Assembly: GCA_010405405.1 (NCBI GenBank)
Contig: MU004234.1
Location: 416,993-480,992, forward strand
Direction: 5' to 3'
Length of the DNA: 64,000 bases
Source: Microthyrium microscopicum
Taxonomy: Eukaryota
Every line of letters starts with the position of its first letter. Position 1 is the stretch's first letter. Positions 38,747 to 53,103 of this stretch are shown here, piece after piece. A program made the position numbers and the translations under genes. Below the pieces are notes generated by a model. That model saw nothing but the letters and a program-made list of their open reading frames with translations, did no database searches and was not told the DNA's origin.

Positions 38747-40155
38747 TTATTGAAGCCAAGCGTAGCTGCGTGTCATCGCGCTGGTTTCGGCGCTTTGGGC
38801 GTTGCTGAAGGCGCCTTCCCAGTCGTTGTAGTCATCTACTGCATCATCGTCGGCATCGGAGTCTGCGGGGATCAGAATGGCGTTGCGGTCCGAGTCGCCA
38901 CCTTCGGAGCTTCCAAAGTTGATGGCGGTGATGGCTGATGAGGACGACATATGTCGTGGTTGTGGGCCTTTGAGTTGCTGGGATTGAGCTGCTTGGTAGT
39001 ATGATTCGAGATTCATGGGTGCGTCCCAGCTCACTGGCTCGGTTTCGCTCTCCTGGGCGTTGGAAGAGTTGCTTGTCAAACCGGGAATGGATTGGTAGGC
39101 TGATTCTCCCGAGTTTGAAAGGCTTTGGTCGAAGTTGGACACTTGTGGAGAAATTAGTGGCAAGTCCGATGGGGAGAAAATTGACCAGTCGATCTCAGAG
39201 TTGAAGTTGGGGGAGGTGCTGGTATTGAGTGATAATGCCAGGAAATCGCTGCTGTTTGGTTGTTCTCCTGACCAGTAACCTGCAAGTCCACCATTGTAAT
39301 CGAGAGCATCCAAAGAGCCATTTGGCATTGACTCGGTTCGAGAAGCAAAGTGCTTGTCAAAATCGAAGGAGATGGACTCGGAAGCACCCACATCATCGTC
39401 AGCGTCAAGACTCTCATGAGAATTTGTGCGGCTTATAGATGGTGGTGACATGGCGCGAGAGTTTTGTGGTAACCACATATCATCGGATGCACGTGGTGCT
39501 GAATCTATCGATTCAAGCCATTCGAGCTCATCTTCGGTTTTTGCAAATGCAGAGATCCCATGAAGAGTATGTGGCCGTGGAACTTTGTAAGGAGCTCCAG
39601 AAGTGTGAGCCAGATTATTGCTTCTGTGACAAGGCTTATGATGACCATTCGCAAACACGGTCAATTTTCCCTCTGAGCTACTGGTAGATAGCGATGGCTT
39701 AACCTTTACACTGTGGGAAGTGCGCTTCAATGACCGCTCCATGCGAGTCTCAATACTCTCATTTCGGGTTCCGCATTGACAGTTTTCACCTTTGTGACAG
39801 CAACATCCTATATCGACTATTGTCAAAGTTAGTAAACGCAACTAAACCAAATAACACTGTTTACTCACCCTTGATTTCGGCCTTTTCCTTTTTATCCTTT
39901 TTGCTGCCACAGTCGCATTTTCCATGATGTGATTTGGATTTACGAGCTGTCCGGCAGTGTTCGCATTGTTTTACGGGTCGTCCCTTTGGAGGGATCAACT
40001 TCAGCTGACGATCTGGTGATATTGGTTAGTTACTTCTATGGACTGTATCCAATTTGGACGATTGAAATTTGCTCACCATCGTGCTGACATGTACTGACGC
40101 GATGTCCGCGTATACAAGAATCGCATGCCCACTTTTGACCATCGATCAAAGGCAT
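38747..40155 (-). CDS. Copper-fist DNA-binding transcription factor (Ace1/AceA/Haa1-like)
   Basis: Spliced N-terminus MPLIDGQKWACDSCIRGHRVSTCQHD|DRQLKLIPPKGRPVKQCEHCRTARKSKSHHGKCDC, a CCCHKGENCQC cluster, LTVFANGHHKP and an acidic C-terminus. Confidence 0.92.
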
Positions 40156-43100
40156 GCCTTGGCTACAAAATAGGGCCTAAGAGGTCCGTAAGGATTTGGA
40201 AGTGGCGTAGCGGTGAGTTGTGTGGGCCTCGGAAGTTGAGATATCGGAACGGAGATGTATGGGACCGAATGATGGTTCAACCGAGATGTAAGAGAACAAA
40301 TTTCCGCCCACAGTAAAAGTCGGAGTCTCGAAAATCGGAGACCACGATGTGAAATATCTGCTCTAAAGTGAGATAGAACAGCTGAAGAAGAGTGAGCCGA
40401 AGAGCTAGTCAAGCCGTGCACCAAGTGGCGCAGGCAACAGACGACACTCGACAGCAGTGCCGGCAATCAAGCCGACGTTGAAGGGGTGGAAGAGTCGATA
40501 CAAATGGTCAAGTTGAAGTTGTGGTGAGCGAGACGGAGATGAAGTCGGACGAGGGGTTGGTATATATTTGGAGGTTTGGTGGACCACCCGCGTGGCAGAA
40601 GCTACGGTAGAGTGCTAGCTTCGTGTGGGATGGCAAAGTCAGTCAACCAGTTTTGCCTTTTGCCGACCCAGCAGGCCTAGTGATGATGGAGTGCAGCACA
40701 GCGACCGACAGTGCAGGAATTTGGGCTTGCTGAATTTACTGATGTGCTGCGAGGGACAGGATCCGAAAGGCCTTGGATTCACAGTCCGCAGCGACCAGAG
40801 GGCAGTACTGAACGCTGATGGGTGGGCTCACTGCCGGCGATGCTCAGAAGGGAATGGCTTCGCGATGGTCTCTTGCACCTTGCAGCTGCGAGACTTGCTT
40901 GCGAAGCTAAGAGAAAGAGTAGTGGATGGTACGATGGAGGAGCACAGCTCTACACAGCAAGAGGTATAGTATAATGATGAGGAATAATGGCTAAATTGGT
41001 CCACTGATGGTTTAGGGTGTGTATGCGTTTTTATATGATTCCAAACAGGATCTTGACGTGTGGGGTGTTTGCGGATCAGAGGCCTGTTGGCAATGCTTGG
41101 GAAGCGCGGCTTGTAACCAAAGCATACGCGCCAGTCGCGGACGATGTCGATGGATGATCGCGTGGAGGCTTTCCCGAGGCGAGGAAATGCAGTCTAGCAT
41201 CAAAAGAGAAGTTGATCGGTACTAATTTGGTACGGGAGTAATTTCAATCTGCTGCCGTGCTGCCGGGTATAAATGCGACTCTACTTTCCTCCAAATGAGT
41301 AACTGATCAAATGCTCAAACTATGAATAATATGTCGTATCCCGGCACAAACAAGCAGTGTTTCGATATCTAGGATTGCATGTTTATTTCGGTCGAGATGA
41401 TGTTTTGAACGAAGTATTTACGAAGTATCTCGGTTCTTGCTGATCAGACAGAAGGAACCGAAGTTGATGTGCTGGAAGATGTACCTGCAACCAGATACTT
41501 TTGGAATATCTTTTCAAGGTTACTTGAAGATTCTTTGAACTATCTGCATCTGTCCTGCAGTCTGTATGTACAGGTACTGTTTATGCACCAGAGACCTCTC
41601 ATTGTGCAGTGGTCAAGGACCCACGCTACGGTGCAGCAACAAGAGGTGTGCATCCCATCCTTCCATCTCAACGTCACACCCTTTCCATCTTGCCATCAAG
41701 CTGCCATTTCATTCTTTCTTTCTCCGTTTTTCTTTCATCTGCATGGTCAAATTTTTCATCGACACAAGTCTCACCGAGCACAGCTCCCTCAAACTGCATC
41801 GGATAGCATCACACCAGCCTCAGCTCTCTCGGCAAATGGACGACTGCCTCATCTCTCAAAATTACGAGGTCTGCGTCTTTCCAAAGAGGCATCCCAATCA
41901 TTCGAGGCTCGAGGCTCGAAGCTCCAGGATGTTGAGCACGGTCACAAGCTCTAATGCAGTGTTCCCTATGCACTCCACGGCGGGAGGCCAGGTCACGCAT
42001 CCTATGTCCTGTTTCCCGCGCTGGGCGACCATATTCAAGATCCAATAGAAGTGTTGCGAAATACAAAATACTGGCATAATGATCAAGGCCAAGTAATGAC
42101 AGGCTAATCCATCCAGTCTGGAGCCGGGCGATACCGTACGGGCCGTTTACGTGTATCTAGTTCGTTGTATCCCACTCCCTCCACGCAAGCCAGGGCCAAT
42201 CACGAATTTTGTCCAGTTGTAGAATGCGACAATGCATCAGCTACCTCCATGAAAACCATGCACGAAATAATATGACTGCCGTTTCATGCTGGAGCTTTGA
42301 CTCTTTCGCGTTTGTGTACCTCAATGTCTAGCGGTTCACGGCGGCAACAAGAGGCGGTGATGTTGCAGCTTACTCATTGCGAATCCTCGAGATTCCCCTT
42401 TCAGGATCCAAGCGGGATGGATCAGCCCTGGTTGAAAGTCGGCCATTTACGTTATACTAGATCCCAAGTTCCAGCCTTATGGGGGAATTTATATCTAAAA
42501 TAGTCACCCCATCAAAATCATTATCAGAGCTGGACCATGCTGGCAGTCTACTCTGAGCGACGATTGACCGCACATTCTGGACCCCGAAAGAAGCACCACC
42601 CCGCAAAATTAGACGACAACTGCATGTTGACCTGGCTATTTGCAGTAGTCGGTGTTTACTCGATCGAATCGAATCTTAATTTGGTCGCTATCTGGCCGCG
42701 TACAGTCCTAGTACATCTTTCTGGGGAATTTGGCAGAAGTCTCCTGCACACCGAGAGTTGAAGTCAAATCCAACGTGGGAGACACATCCGTATGAGTTCA
42801 GATGCAGACTATATGCAGATATTATGGTGGGTAACTGTGTCATTCGGAAGATCAAATTTATTCCATGCAGCTTCCATTTTCAGGACAAGAACGAATCTGA
42901 ATGATGGCAAGGCGGTCACAACGAACAACAGCAAATGAAAAATTTTCACATTGCCAACCATTGGATCTCAGCCTCACCACCTTGCAGATAATGCAGATGC
43001 ATCCTGCGCGGCTGGGCTTGAACATTCAAATTATTGTTGCTTGTTTATTACAGGCACTTGGCGAACTACCAGGTCCAGCTATCCGACAGCAGGCAATTTC

Positions 43101-43311
43101 TGCTGAAATTCATGCAAACGTCCCAATGTTCTCACCTATCTAGGTGGAACTTGGATGGGTCTTTCATATATTTCCATCACATCCATCAAAACATCCCACG
43201 CAAAACCTCCTGCCTTGCCTCTGACGTGCAGCACCGGCCCTGGCATCCGCTCCAGTTTAAACCTTCTATGGCAAGGCTCCTTGCCGCTTGGACTTTATAG
43301 CATTGGACAAC

Positions 43312-44536
43312 TCAAGCAACTCCACGATTCTGTTCACCCCACAGAGACGCGCCCACTTGATCCAAGACTGACAACACCTCCTCTGAAAGTGGACCCTTGG
43401 CGATGCTAGCCACCTTCTCCTCCAAGTCCTCAAACGTCGACGCACTTAAGATGATGCAATCCTTTTCACCGAGTTTTGAGTGATATGCCAGCCATCTTAA
43501 CGCTATGGATTGAATCTGTGGTGTTGTCCCGTCTTGCATGGCCATGCTGGAAATCTTCTTGACCGCCTCTCCAACTTCTGGATTATCATATGGACCTTTC
43601 CACCCCGAGCTCGCTGGTCGTTCGCCGTTCTCCGCTTGTGCGTTTGATGAAATTTGACCGGACAACACTCCTTGTGCCAGAGGACTGGTTCAAGAACACG
43701 TCAATTGCGCGATATTCTTCAATGATTTGGAGGTGACTTACTCGTATGCATGGAATGTCATCCCGTGAGCGCGTAACAGAGCCATTCGCGCTTCATTCCT
43801 CCGGCACAACAGATTATACTCGCCTTGGAATATCCGCGGTTTCTGGTATCGCCATCGCTCACACGTTCTGAGTAGGTCGCGCATACATCTTGTGTTGAAC
43901 TCTCGTACTCCCCACTGCTTGGCGATTAGTAACTAGATACTAGAACACGGTTTCTGCACGAGAGGCATAGCAACTTACCATATCACAGAGTCCTTCGGCA
44001 ACTAGCCCTTGAAAACCACCCGTCAACTCACCCCAACAAGCTTCAATATCCGGCCGTTGAGCAATAAGCCATCTAGCTCTCCGTATCTTTAACCGGCTTG
44101 TGCTGGCTTTCAGACTCTCTCGAACAGGACCAGCCTTCAACTCCCCTCGTCCTGGACCCAAAAGGGACCCATGCATATTGACCTTTGTTCCAATCGCTAA
44201 TCCTCCATCATCCGCCGCTTTCGAAGCCCCCAAGGCAGCTTCAAGGGCACCTGGCCGCTTGTAAGGTAAATTCGGAGTAGTATCAAGCGCATGTATCCGT
44301 AGCGGTAAGTTCCGAAGCCGCACAAACAGCCTTTGTAAGTCCTGCTTGCCACACTGCGTAATAATAGGAGACGCCGAATCCAGTATCAGCGATGGAGCAA
44401 CCGGTGTAAGACTATGCGATTTTATCGACGCCCAGTCGCTGTCGGATCGTGGTGTAGATTTATTTGTTGAAACTGGACTGTCTGGCGTCCCGACAGATGT
44501 CAGGGACTCTAGCAGGGTGCCTGCCAACGCTGCCAT
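43312..44536 (-). CDS. Divergent aldo-keto reductase (aflatoxin B1 aldehyde reductase/AKR7-like), 3 exons
   Basis: IGTKV, spliced KPRIFQGEYNLLCR...HGMTFHAY|SPLAQGVLSG, IALRWLAYHSKL and KGPL. Confidence 0.8.
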
Positions 44537-45615
44537 GATTTTTTGTTGTGGGTATTGCAGCTATTCTTCGGAGTCTTTCATATAGATGCTGTATTTTGCT
44601 TGGTGAAATATGATTGCCTAGTTATTGTTCCCGTCGTAAAGAAAGTTCGCCGCAGTTTGCGCCTCAGTCGTGACGCAAGCGTGCTCGTTGGGCGCCAAAA
44701 CAGGCAGTGAAGCGGAAACTTTTACAAACAACTCGTCAATCAGACCGCGTATTCTCAAGACTGGCTTGGCTTGTTCCGCACCAAAGATTCTATTTACCGG
44801 CGCTTCGTATGTAATCGTGGCTTCTTCTTTTGCTCGTCGATTGTGTTCTTTCGAGCTCAGATCCTAAAATCCTTCAACTTCGAATGGTAGATTTGGACGC
44901 AAGTTCTAGGCAAAGAAGTGAGATCTTGGAAGAAAAGCACTATAATGCTTATAATAGACAAGCTCTCATATAGCAAGCCGGTTTTAATCTGGGGATACCT
45001 AGGGTCCTGACGTCTGGAATCTTGTATATATTAATATGGGAGACACGGACGGGCTAGAAAGCTTGTTTTGCATTTGGGTATTGGCGATCTACACGTTTGG
45101 TTTTGCGAGCATCAGTTAGGTCAAAACAAGGCGAGCTTATTCCTAGGGTATGCTGCTGTTGCTGTAAGGGCCAGGGAGTGTCTGTAGAACTACATGGTAA
45201 CAGGTAGTAGGATTAATGTGACAAGGTTTCGTGTTCACGATGGTTGGGAACAAGATCCAGTGTGTATGTAATACAGACTCTCGTGCGGCACCGTATTTCA
45301 AGGCGGATTTACTGCGAATGATTTATTGGATAGATGGCTTTCGTGGGAAGAACGGGGCTGGAAGGTAGTATGTATCAGGATCCCGGACCAATCGAAGAGC
45401 TCTTGAATGAGTAAATAGATTGGATGAACGGTTCAGGCGGATCAGAGGGGCGCTATATCAGACTCATATTGTACATGGCACATCGTGACCGCAGACGAAG
45501 AGTATGACATACATGTATGCATTATTGAGGACACCATGTCTTCGATTTGAAAATAAACACAGCTGCTGTGAATTCTAGATACATTTCTGCCCCTGGCAAG
45601 GTACCTTCTTATGTC

Positions 45616-47462
45616 CTAATAATCAAAACTCTCATAAATCACTTCCTTTCCAGCAAGCCACTCCAGGACCGTCTTCCTGAATGGATTACCTGCGCAAAGA
45701 TAAAACCGTTCTGAGTTGATAGAGATGAAATCATCCTTCATTGGGCGTCTCATTTTGACATCGACGCCAACGTCTCTGAGCTGGTCAATCTTCTGATTAG
45801 ACGCGGCTGTGTTTCCGCTACTTGTAAAAAATACCGTTGTGGTGTTCGCAAGTCCAGAATGTTTCTTGACAGTCTCAAGAACAAAAGCTGCGTCTTCCAG
45901 TTTAGTTGTCCAGAATAGGTGCATCTTTGTAACGTCCAGGTCTCGGATTTGCCCAAGTAATGGAGTTATACCTGCTCCTCCAGCGATAAATGGAGTCACT
46001 CCTGAATCCCCAAGGTCGATCTTGAAATCTCCGCCAAAACCTTTCATAGGAACTTCCAGTGGAGTCCGGAAGTTTCGTTGTCTCTTTAAATGTGCTGTTA
46101 CAGGTCCATGTAATCTTGCAGTGATCTCAAATTCGTTCGCTGGCAAATCTGCTGGATGAGAAGAGACGGTGAATGTTCTCACAAAGTCATCGTTCAAGCT
46201 TGTTGGGTCGTCGTCTCGCATATGACTATATCCAATGTCTAATTCCTCTGAAAAATCAAACGCTGCCCACTGGCCTGGTTTATACTTCACTGGCTCTTCT
46301 GACCGAAAACGATATCGCGATAGGGTAGGACTGAGTTCTTCACTGCTGACCAGTAAGACGTGCTTTTGGCTTTGCTTCTCGAATTTGCTGGCGACATTTC
46401 CCTCGCTTGCTAGTAGCCGCACATGTGGATTGTATGGAGACTCCTCTCCAGCTCTCCCTCGAAATGGAAGGCCATTTTCGACGTGTCGAGCCTCGATGAT
46501 TGTGATCTTAACGGCCAAATTCGTTCGGGGTAGAAACTCATCTGCCTTGTCACCGATGAGAACTTCTGCGGTGCCTGTGATGTATAACACATCTCCAGTC
46601 TCAAAGTCTGGCACGCAGATCCCGATGGCGGGATTGTTCAGTAGATTTCCCAAAGACTGGTATAATCTATTGCCAGAATACTCTGGATAGATTATGGATG
46701 CAGCAGTCGCTTCGTCTGCATTTCCTGAGCTGATCACACGAACAAAACCGGGTGGGCCACCACGATGATTGGTGTCCATATTGATGTCTGCATTAGCGGT
46801 TGATAGGAAGAACAAGTCGGCTTTCTTGATCAGATCTTCAGCCTGCTTCGAAAGCTGCGGCGAGACAGATATCAGTTTAGGATTTGGAATTGCCGGCCTG
46901 ATCTCCTTCTCGTTGAGATATTTTGGACAGTTGCCTGCATTCGTTAGTTTTCCAATATAGGATCGATCGCACAGAATTTGAATTACGTACCTAAACTCTC
47001 ATCAATCTTTGTAACGACCTGGATCTCTCCAACTCCAGTGTCTTCTTCACCAACAGCCTTGACTCCGCCAGCTACTATCCTTCCCGCAATCTTCACTCGT
47101 TTCCTCCGCACCAGATCAATCGGCAAGCCACTGAACATCATGCCCTTGGGATTTCCTTTCCCAAATTGCTGATCAACCATTGCCTCGATTACTGGATCGT
47201 GACGGTTGTCTACAAAAGTCCGAGTGCCTAGCAAATTTCCACCCAAAGCCTGTGAGAAGCCTGGCTCACCGCCCCATACTGTCGTCCATGGACGATTTTC
47301 AGAGTCTAGTACGCTGAATGCTGCAAGCGGAAACTGATTCGCTGCAAAAGTGGCCTGCGGAGTCAAAAAATTTGAAGTCGGGTTGTCGTGTTCTGGGACG
47401 TTGAGAAGCTGATGCATACGATGTTCGCCATCAGACCAGGGAAGTGCAACGGAGTAGGCCAT
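45616..47462 (-). CDS. Pyridoxamine-5'-phosphate-oxidase-like FMN-binding plus FNR-type FAD/NAD-binding oxidoreductase
   Basis: RPWTTVWGGEPGF, SL|GNCPKYLN, MDTNHRGGPPGFVR, YSGNRLYQSLGN, RTFTVSS and FIAGGAGITP; 1 intron. Confidence 0.88.
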
Positions 47463-48142
47463 ATTGAAACAAATTTCTTTGTTGTTTGTGTTAATGGTTC
47501 AAAATGATTGAGTGAGATAGATTTCCTTTCAGTGGTGTTAATATATGGAAACTTGAATGTGAGCTGGATCCATCTCCAGTCCTAGAACGGCACTTCGTCA
47601 TATCTTACAAAGACATTAGACACTACCTCATGTCTCGCCAGTGAGTCCAAGAAAAGATGCGTAATCATTTCAAGTGCTGACATTCCAGGCCAAGCTCTTG
47701 GGAGACTGGGGCGGGGTTCACCTCGGAGAAGAGGAAGCTTCGAAACACAAGGCTCAATCTCCATCATCCGCAAACACCTACCTTAGTACTACTGAGATTG
47801 TAGAACAGAATGCTTGGGCAGTACCTAATGCTAGAAGTACTACTAGTGAACAGGGTGATTGCATATCTCGAACTTCAAGCAACGAGGGCCATCATTACGT
47901 TGAGTCACGACAACTTCCATTTCAAGCGTCATCAGAACCGGCTTGAAATAATGAAACAGAGAGATATTTCACTAATGAAGGACTGATTTCAATTATTGAA
48001 TCTTGGTGGTATGTACATCCAAATATATCTCAACTCTCAAGTAATGTGCCTAGGCAGGCGAGCTTCCGAACAATATAACGGTCTAGAAAGACCTTAGAAA
48101 AAATGGTATCTTAGAATTCTCTCTCCTCCAACATCTTCAAAT

Positions 48143-49889
48143 TCATAACGCAGAGATCAAAGCCATGAAGGCAAATGCGGACAAAAGCATACCAGCCAAA
48201 TACGTCTCTCCACCTGTCCTTTGACTTGCACCAGCTTTCGCAGCTGTCGTCGACGACGTCTTTGCACCTGCCGCCGTCACTATTCCATTATTAGCCCCCT
48301 TTGTAGCTGATCCAGAAGAGCCTCCCGGACTGCTGGAATTTCCAGAGTTGCCGGAAGATCCTGAAGAGTCGGATGGACCGTCACCTGTGCCGCCTCCGCT
48401 GGCACTGGAGTGTCCGTTGCCGTGGCCTGAATGTCCACTGCTGCCGGATGTGCCATTGCTCCCAGAGGAGCTATTGTCATCACTGGAAGAACCATCTGGG
48501 CTCTTGCCTTTCCAGTCACCTGGCATTCGACCTGGTGCACCGGCATCTCCGCCCCCTGAAGTAGCACCAGTTGCCGCCGGACCAGCAGGTGCGCGGCCAC
48601 CAATTGGCGAGGGATCGATGCTGACTGTCTGATCCAACACCAATGCGCCATCAGTAGCATACAGAATTTGATGGCCTCCCATCACTAGCGTCGGGCCACC
48701 TAGTGTAGCTGTCACGCCGTTGGCTGTCATGATCGTTGGATTGTTCGCATCTTTGACGAACGTCACTTCTCGATCGTCAATAGTTAGGACGGCAGCAAAG
48801 TCAGTTGGGTAGGCCGGCATGATTGCAGGCATATTGAACGTTTGCGCGCCAACCTTTAGTCCATCGGGAGCAAGAGTGAATACATGCCCCTTGTATGTCA
48901 CTGGCTGGCCGCCAACGGAAAGCGTAGCGGTCGCGCCTTGGATCTTGACCAGTGGGTTTGGTGAAGTGCCAATAGATGCTTTGACAATTTGGTGATTAGA
49001 AAAATCATCGTCGTGGATGCCCAAATATACTTCTTGGTTGTTCATAGACACAGTGTTGCTGATGGCGTTCCAAGAATAAGAGCGGGATATCTTCTTAGAT
49101 GATTGTAGGTTGAAAGTAGGTGCGGCGGAGATGGGGATGTCATTGTTAGCGTTTTGTGTCAGGCGAGCGTTGTTTTCGACTTTTGTGGCATAATGAGGAG
49201 CCAGAGATTGCAGAGACTGGAGTATGCCGCGAATACCAGACTTGCTCTCAGCAGTGGCTTCCGCGGGTGCTGGATGAACAGTGATTATCGTAATCTGATC
49301 GTTCTCTCCGGCCACGGCTGTGACTTCTGCTCCATCTGGAGCTGCTTGGCTCGGGTGGGCCATGGCGGTTGAAGGTGCGTCTGTCACTTGTGGCATCCTT
49401 TCGCTCGGTATGCTTGTGATTCTATTGTTGTAAGAATCTGGTTCTTCATCCACATCGCCCGTCGGCCGTGGTGGCAAGTTGCCTTTTATTCTGTCCTCCC
49501 AGTCTTCTGGCTCGTAGTCTATGTCTGCCTGGTAGTCTGTCTGTGTCATGACCTCTACCTCCCATGTGTTCTTTTCTGGGATGTGTCGAGTTATCGTTTC
49601 TCTCCATATGTGTACCGGTTGGCCACTTGCCGCAATGTCTGCGGCGACGTTGCCTCCGTTCTGATAGTTTCCTACATCGTAAGAACCATAATTTGATCCT
49701 GCTGCGCCGTCTATCTGATCCGAAGGCGCTGCATTGTTGGCGCTATATGCTGGACTCGCAATCCGCGTGACTGGTGTGTTACCAGCAGCTGGGAGAGTGT
49801 CAGAGAATGGTTCTTTACACTGGTTAGCGAGACCTACCGGATGCAGTCACGGCGAAGCCGTAAAGGATCTTGATTGCAAGCCTCGACAT
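48143..49889 (-). CDS. Secreted Ser/Thr/Gly-rich, probably GPI-anchored cell-wall protein
   Basis: Signal-like exon 1 (MSRLAIKILYGFAVTAS) splices in frame to the 468-aa ORF. It has beta-rich TLSVGGQPVT-type repeats, a G/S linker and a hydrophobic C-terminus (YLAGMLLSAFAFMALISAL). Confidence 0.8.
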
Positions 49890-51234
49890 AAACACTCCTA
49901 GGTCATTGAACTCTTTGTGGTTTTTGTTCTTCCTCTAGCTTCCCTCAGATTATAACTTGAAATGGCGGAGACTGTTGGTGGTGGTAACGAACGACTAGAT
50001 GGAAACGAAGAAGAATAGGTCCACGGTTACTTCGAAAGAGCCATCTGATGCCACAAAGCCACTAAGAGAGAAGATGCGATCCCATTAACCCCGAGTATCT
50101 CAAACGGCAGCTGAACAGATAGTGTGCCAAGTATATCTCATAGGATCGCAACCAAAGGTTTCACACTCGGCGCGTGTGGTGTTGTAGTAGGTGTAATATT
50201 GAAAGTGAGGAGATGAGAAACTGCCAAAGCCACGCAAAGTGCTATACACTCAATCTACTCTCCTCTCAGACGGGTGTCGGGCCATCCGATTTCCTTTTTT
50301 AATATAGCTGGAACAAATCGTCCCGGAATTGTGGCCGAATATTGAGCCCTCATTTAATTTCTTTTGAGTCTCGACCATTCAGAATGCACTCACTGCTGAT
50401 GTTGATTGGGATACTTCTCCCGAGAGTATGTGAGTCCCTAGAATGGACAGCAGTTGTTGCTGAGTGCATCCTTGACTGTCATTTCAAAGTTGTGGGAGAC
50501 ATGTTCCTAGTGGCCACCACACGCAGAAGAGGTTTTAGCGCTTATCTTAAATGAAAGTTCGATCGTATTGGCTTGGCTGTGGAGACTCTATATTCATAAG
50601 GCTACATTAATTCAGAAAATGTGAGTTTTGGCGCTTATCGTTGCTTCGTCTGTCAGTGATCCCATGCGAGCATCTATCAAAGCTAGAGTACGACGAAGAT
50701 GTGGAGAAGAAGATCCCGATCACCATTTATATGGGCCGGGATATGTTTTTGAGGCAGAATAGGATATTTTGAGCACTTGGATCCGTGGAAAATACATACT
50801 GCCCTCGCTGTAAAGTAAACACCCTTGATTATCCTGCATAAGGAACCTAGTGCTTGAGAACAGGAACAAGCAACTAGCCTGGGTACAGTTTCTGTCACTA
50901 CTGCAAAGCCTGGACCACAAATTTAGATTGCCTTTTGACTTGCCTCTATTTTAAAATACCTCAACGGACCAGGTTCATCTAATCCAGTATGATTTGTTGC
51001 AGCTGGAGAAAAGTCCAGTATCAAAAGAGAATGAAGACACAAAGAGTTCGGCAAATGGCTCTCATGAATTGTTAGATAAAGTCGACAGGAGATAAAGAGC
51101 AGTGAAAATACATGTAGACCAATCCAATAACAGCCAGCACAGATTAGGAGCCATCACAGTCTTCGAATGTGAAAAATACCTCGATCAGCAAGCAAGTCCC
51201 CATTCCCATCGGCTCTCTGCAACTCAACGCATTC

Positions 51235-52381
51235 CTATGGCTGTTGGTTGATAGATACCTTCCGCGAATATCCTCCAGCAAGTCCCATCTTGCCCAACTC
51301 TGGGTCATCCTTGAATGGGTTGACAGTAGTTTCGGACGGCGAGACTGGAGCAGTTGTGGCACCACTTCTGGAAACACCCGAAGAGCCAAATCCGAGGATT
51401 GGGCGGCTGGATTGCGATCGTGGCTTGTCGTTGAGAGTGGCGGCGGCCCAGAGAGAGGAAAGGGGGAGGAGAAGAACGACTAGTGTGTGATACCAGGTGC
51501 CCATTTCTGGGAGAGCGGTGTCGAATTGCAGTGATGCAAGAATCGCTATAATCTGTTAGACAGTCGAGGAGTTGTGTTAGCGGTATGGACTTACTGGGAA
51601 GGATCATTGTTTGCAGGCCCATGATGAAGACAGCTCGCATTGGGCCGAATTTCTTGACTCCGAGCTGGCGACGCCTGAAGATGAAAACTCCAAGCTTTGC
51701 AGTGAAGACTAGGGTGAATAGGAACAGAGTAACGACCTCAGTACCCCAAGCAGCCTTTTGCAACCGCGCAAACGACGGTGTAAAGAATGGTTGTTTGGTC
51801 ATGATGTTGCGACAGTTTTGAACCATAAAGGCAAAGTTGACTCCAATAGCAACAAGAGCAAAGAAGACACAGGCGCCAAGAAGAGGCAGCCGGTGGACAC
51901 GCCGCATTGTTGCCGCGATGACTTTGACTTGCAAAATCAGACTGACGAAGACGATGCTGAGGAGCAAAAGTCTCAGGACTGGAACTGCGAGAGAGTTGGA
52001 GAGATCGATGGGCTTGATGTTGTCGTAGTCGTTGACCAGGGAAGCATACGGATTCTGCCATGGTCCAGCCAGGAAGATCGCCGTCAGAAGTGCAATGATT
52101 GAGTTGAGAAGCAATGCTATGCTGTTGAGAGCAAAGATGGGCGATCGTCTTTTGTCTGGCTTGGTGAGAAGGAGAAGAACGATGAGTAGCATCACAGAGG
52201 CGCCAATTGCAGCGCCACGACTGATGCCAAATCGTACACCATAGGTGTGATATTCGGCAAAATCGGCCATGGTGATGTTGAATGGAGTGCCATCCGGAAG
52301 GAGTATGGTAATGACTTGTGAGAATGGGTCTGCTGGTGGAGGGAATGTGAAGCCGGGCATGTTACCTCCCTGGTTTGCCAT
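51235..52381 (-). CDS. STE2: Alpha-factor pheromone receptor (Ste2/PreB family GPCR)
   Basis: DPFSQVITILLPDGTPF, GAAIGAS...LLLLTKPDKRRSPIF, RRRQLGVKKFGPMRAVFIM, then an intron and LVVLLLPLSSLWA; seven hydrophobic segments. Confidence 0.95.
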
Positions 52382-53103
52382 GATTTGTATGTTGATTCTG
52401 AAAGAACTTGCACATTCGAAGATGAAGATGATAAAGGCAAGTTGGTAAGATACTCGAAGTTTTTATTAAATGTAACAGGCAAACTGGAACAAAGGTAAGA
52501 GAATAATATAAACACCGCCGACCAAGTGAAGGCGATGAGTTGAAGAAATACAATGGGCATATGGTAGAATATAAACGATATTGTTCTGGAGAGCATTGTC
52601 TTATGGGTGAGAATCAAGGTTGGTTGCTCCTGAGATGGGGCGCATTTAGTGTTGAGATAGCATTGTTGGCGAAGGAGTCTTGATATTGTTCCCCTGGTTG
52701 CACCTTCCTTTGTCTTCGCCGCCAACACTATAATCCCAAGAGGAGAAACAAGAGCAGACCAGATTATTGGCCATGGAGACATGGCAAATTTGGATAATAA
52801 AAGCCACCAAGATATTTGCTAATTTCCGCATAGGACTAATATTTGAGCTGAAGGTTGCAGGCATGGACAAGGCTGACAGCAAGGCTGAAGGTGCGCTAGG
52901 CTAAAAAGGAGTTAGCCTGGGTTTAGGCTGAGGTCAAGTTGAGTGCTGAGTGTTCAAAGAATAGAGAGAGTCGTCCTTCCACCATCACCTCAACGATCTC
53001 ATCGGTTGGAGCTGGAGGTGTCGCAATCTATGTTTCTCTAGACTACTTCTCTTTGTAAGCGTCTAGAATTTTAAGGTGTTGCCCTCACAGGCCGTCATGT
53101 GAC

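Noticed and set aside
41469..42092. Overlapping ORFs of about 160 aa
   Set aside because: No domain signal, non-ATG or weak starts and no convincing splice structure.
36504..47462. Reductases plus a transcription factor as a secondary-metabolite cluster
   Set aside because: No backbone enzyme (PKS, NRPS, terpene synthase or DMATS) or transporter in the window.
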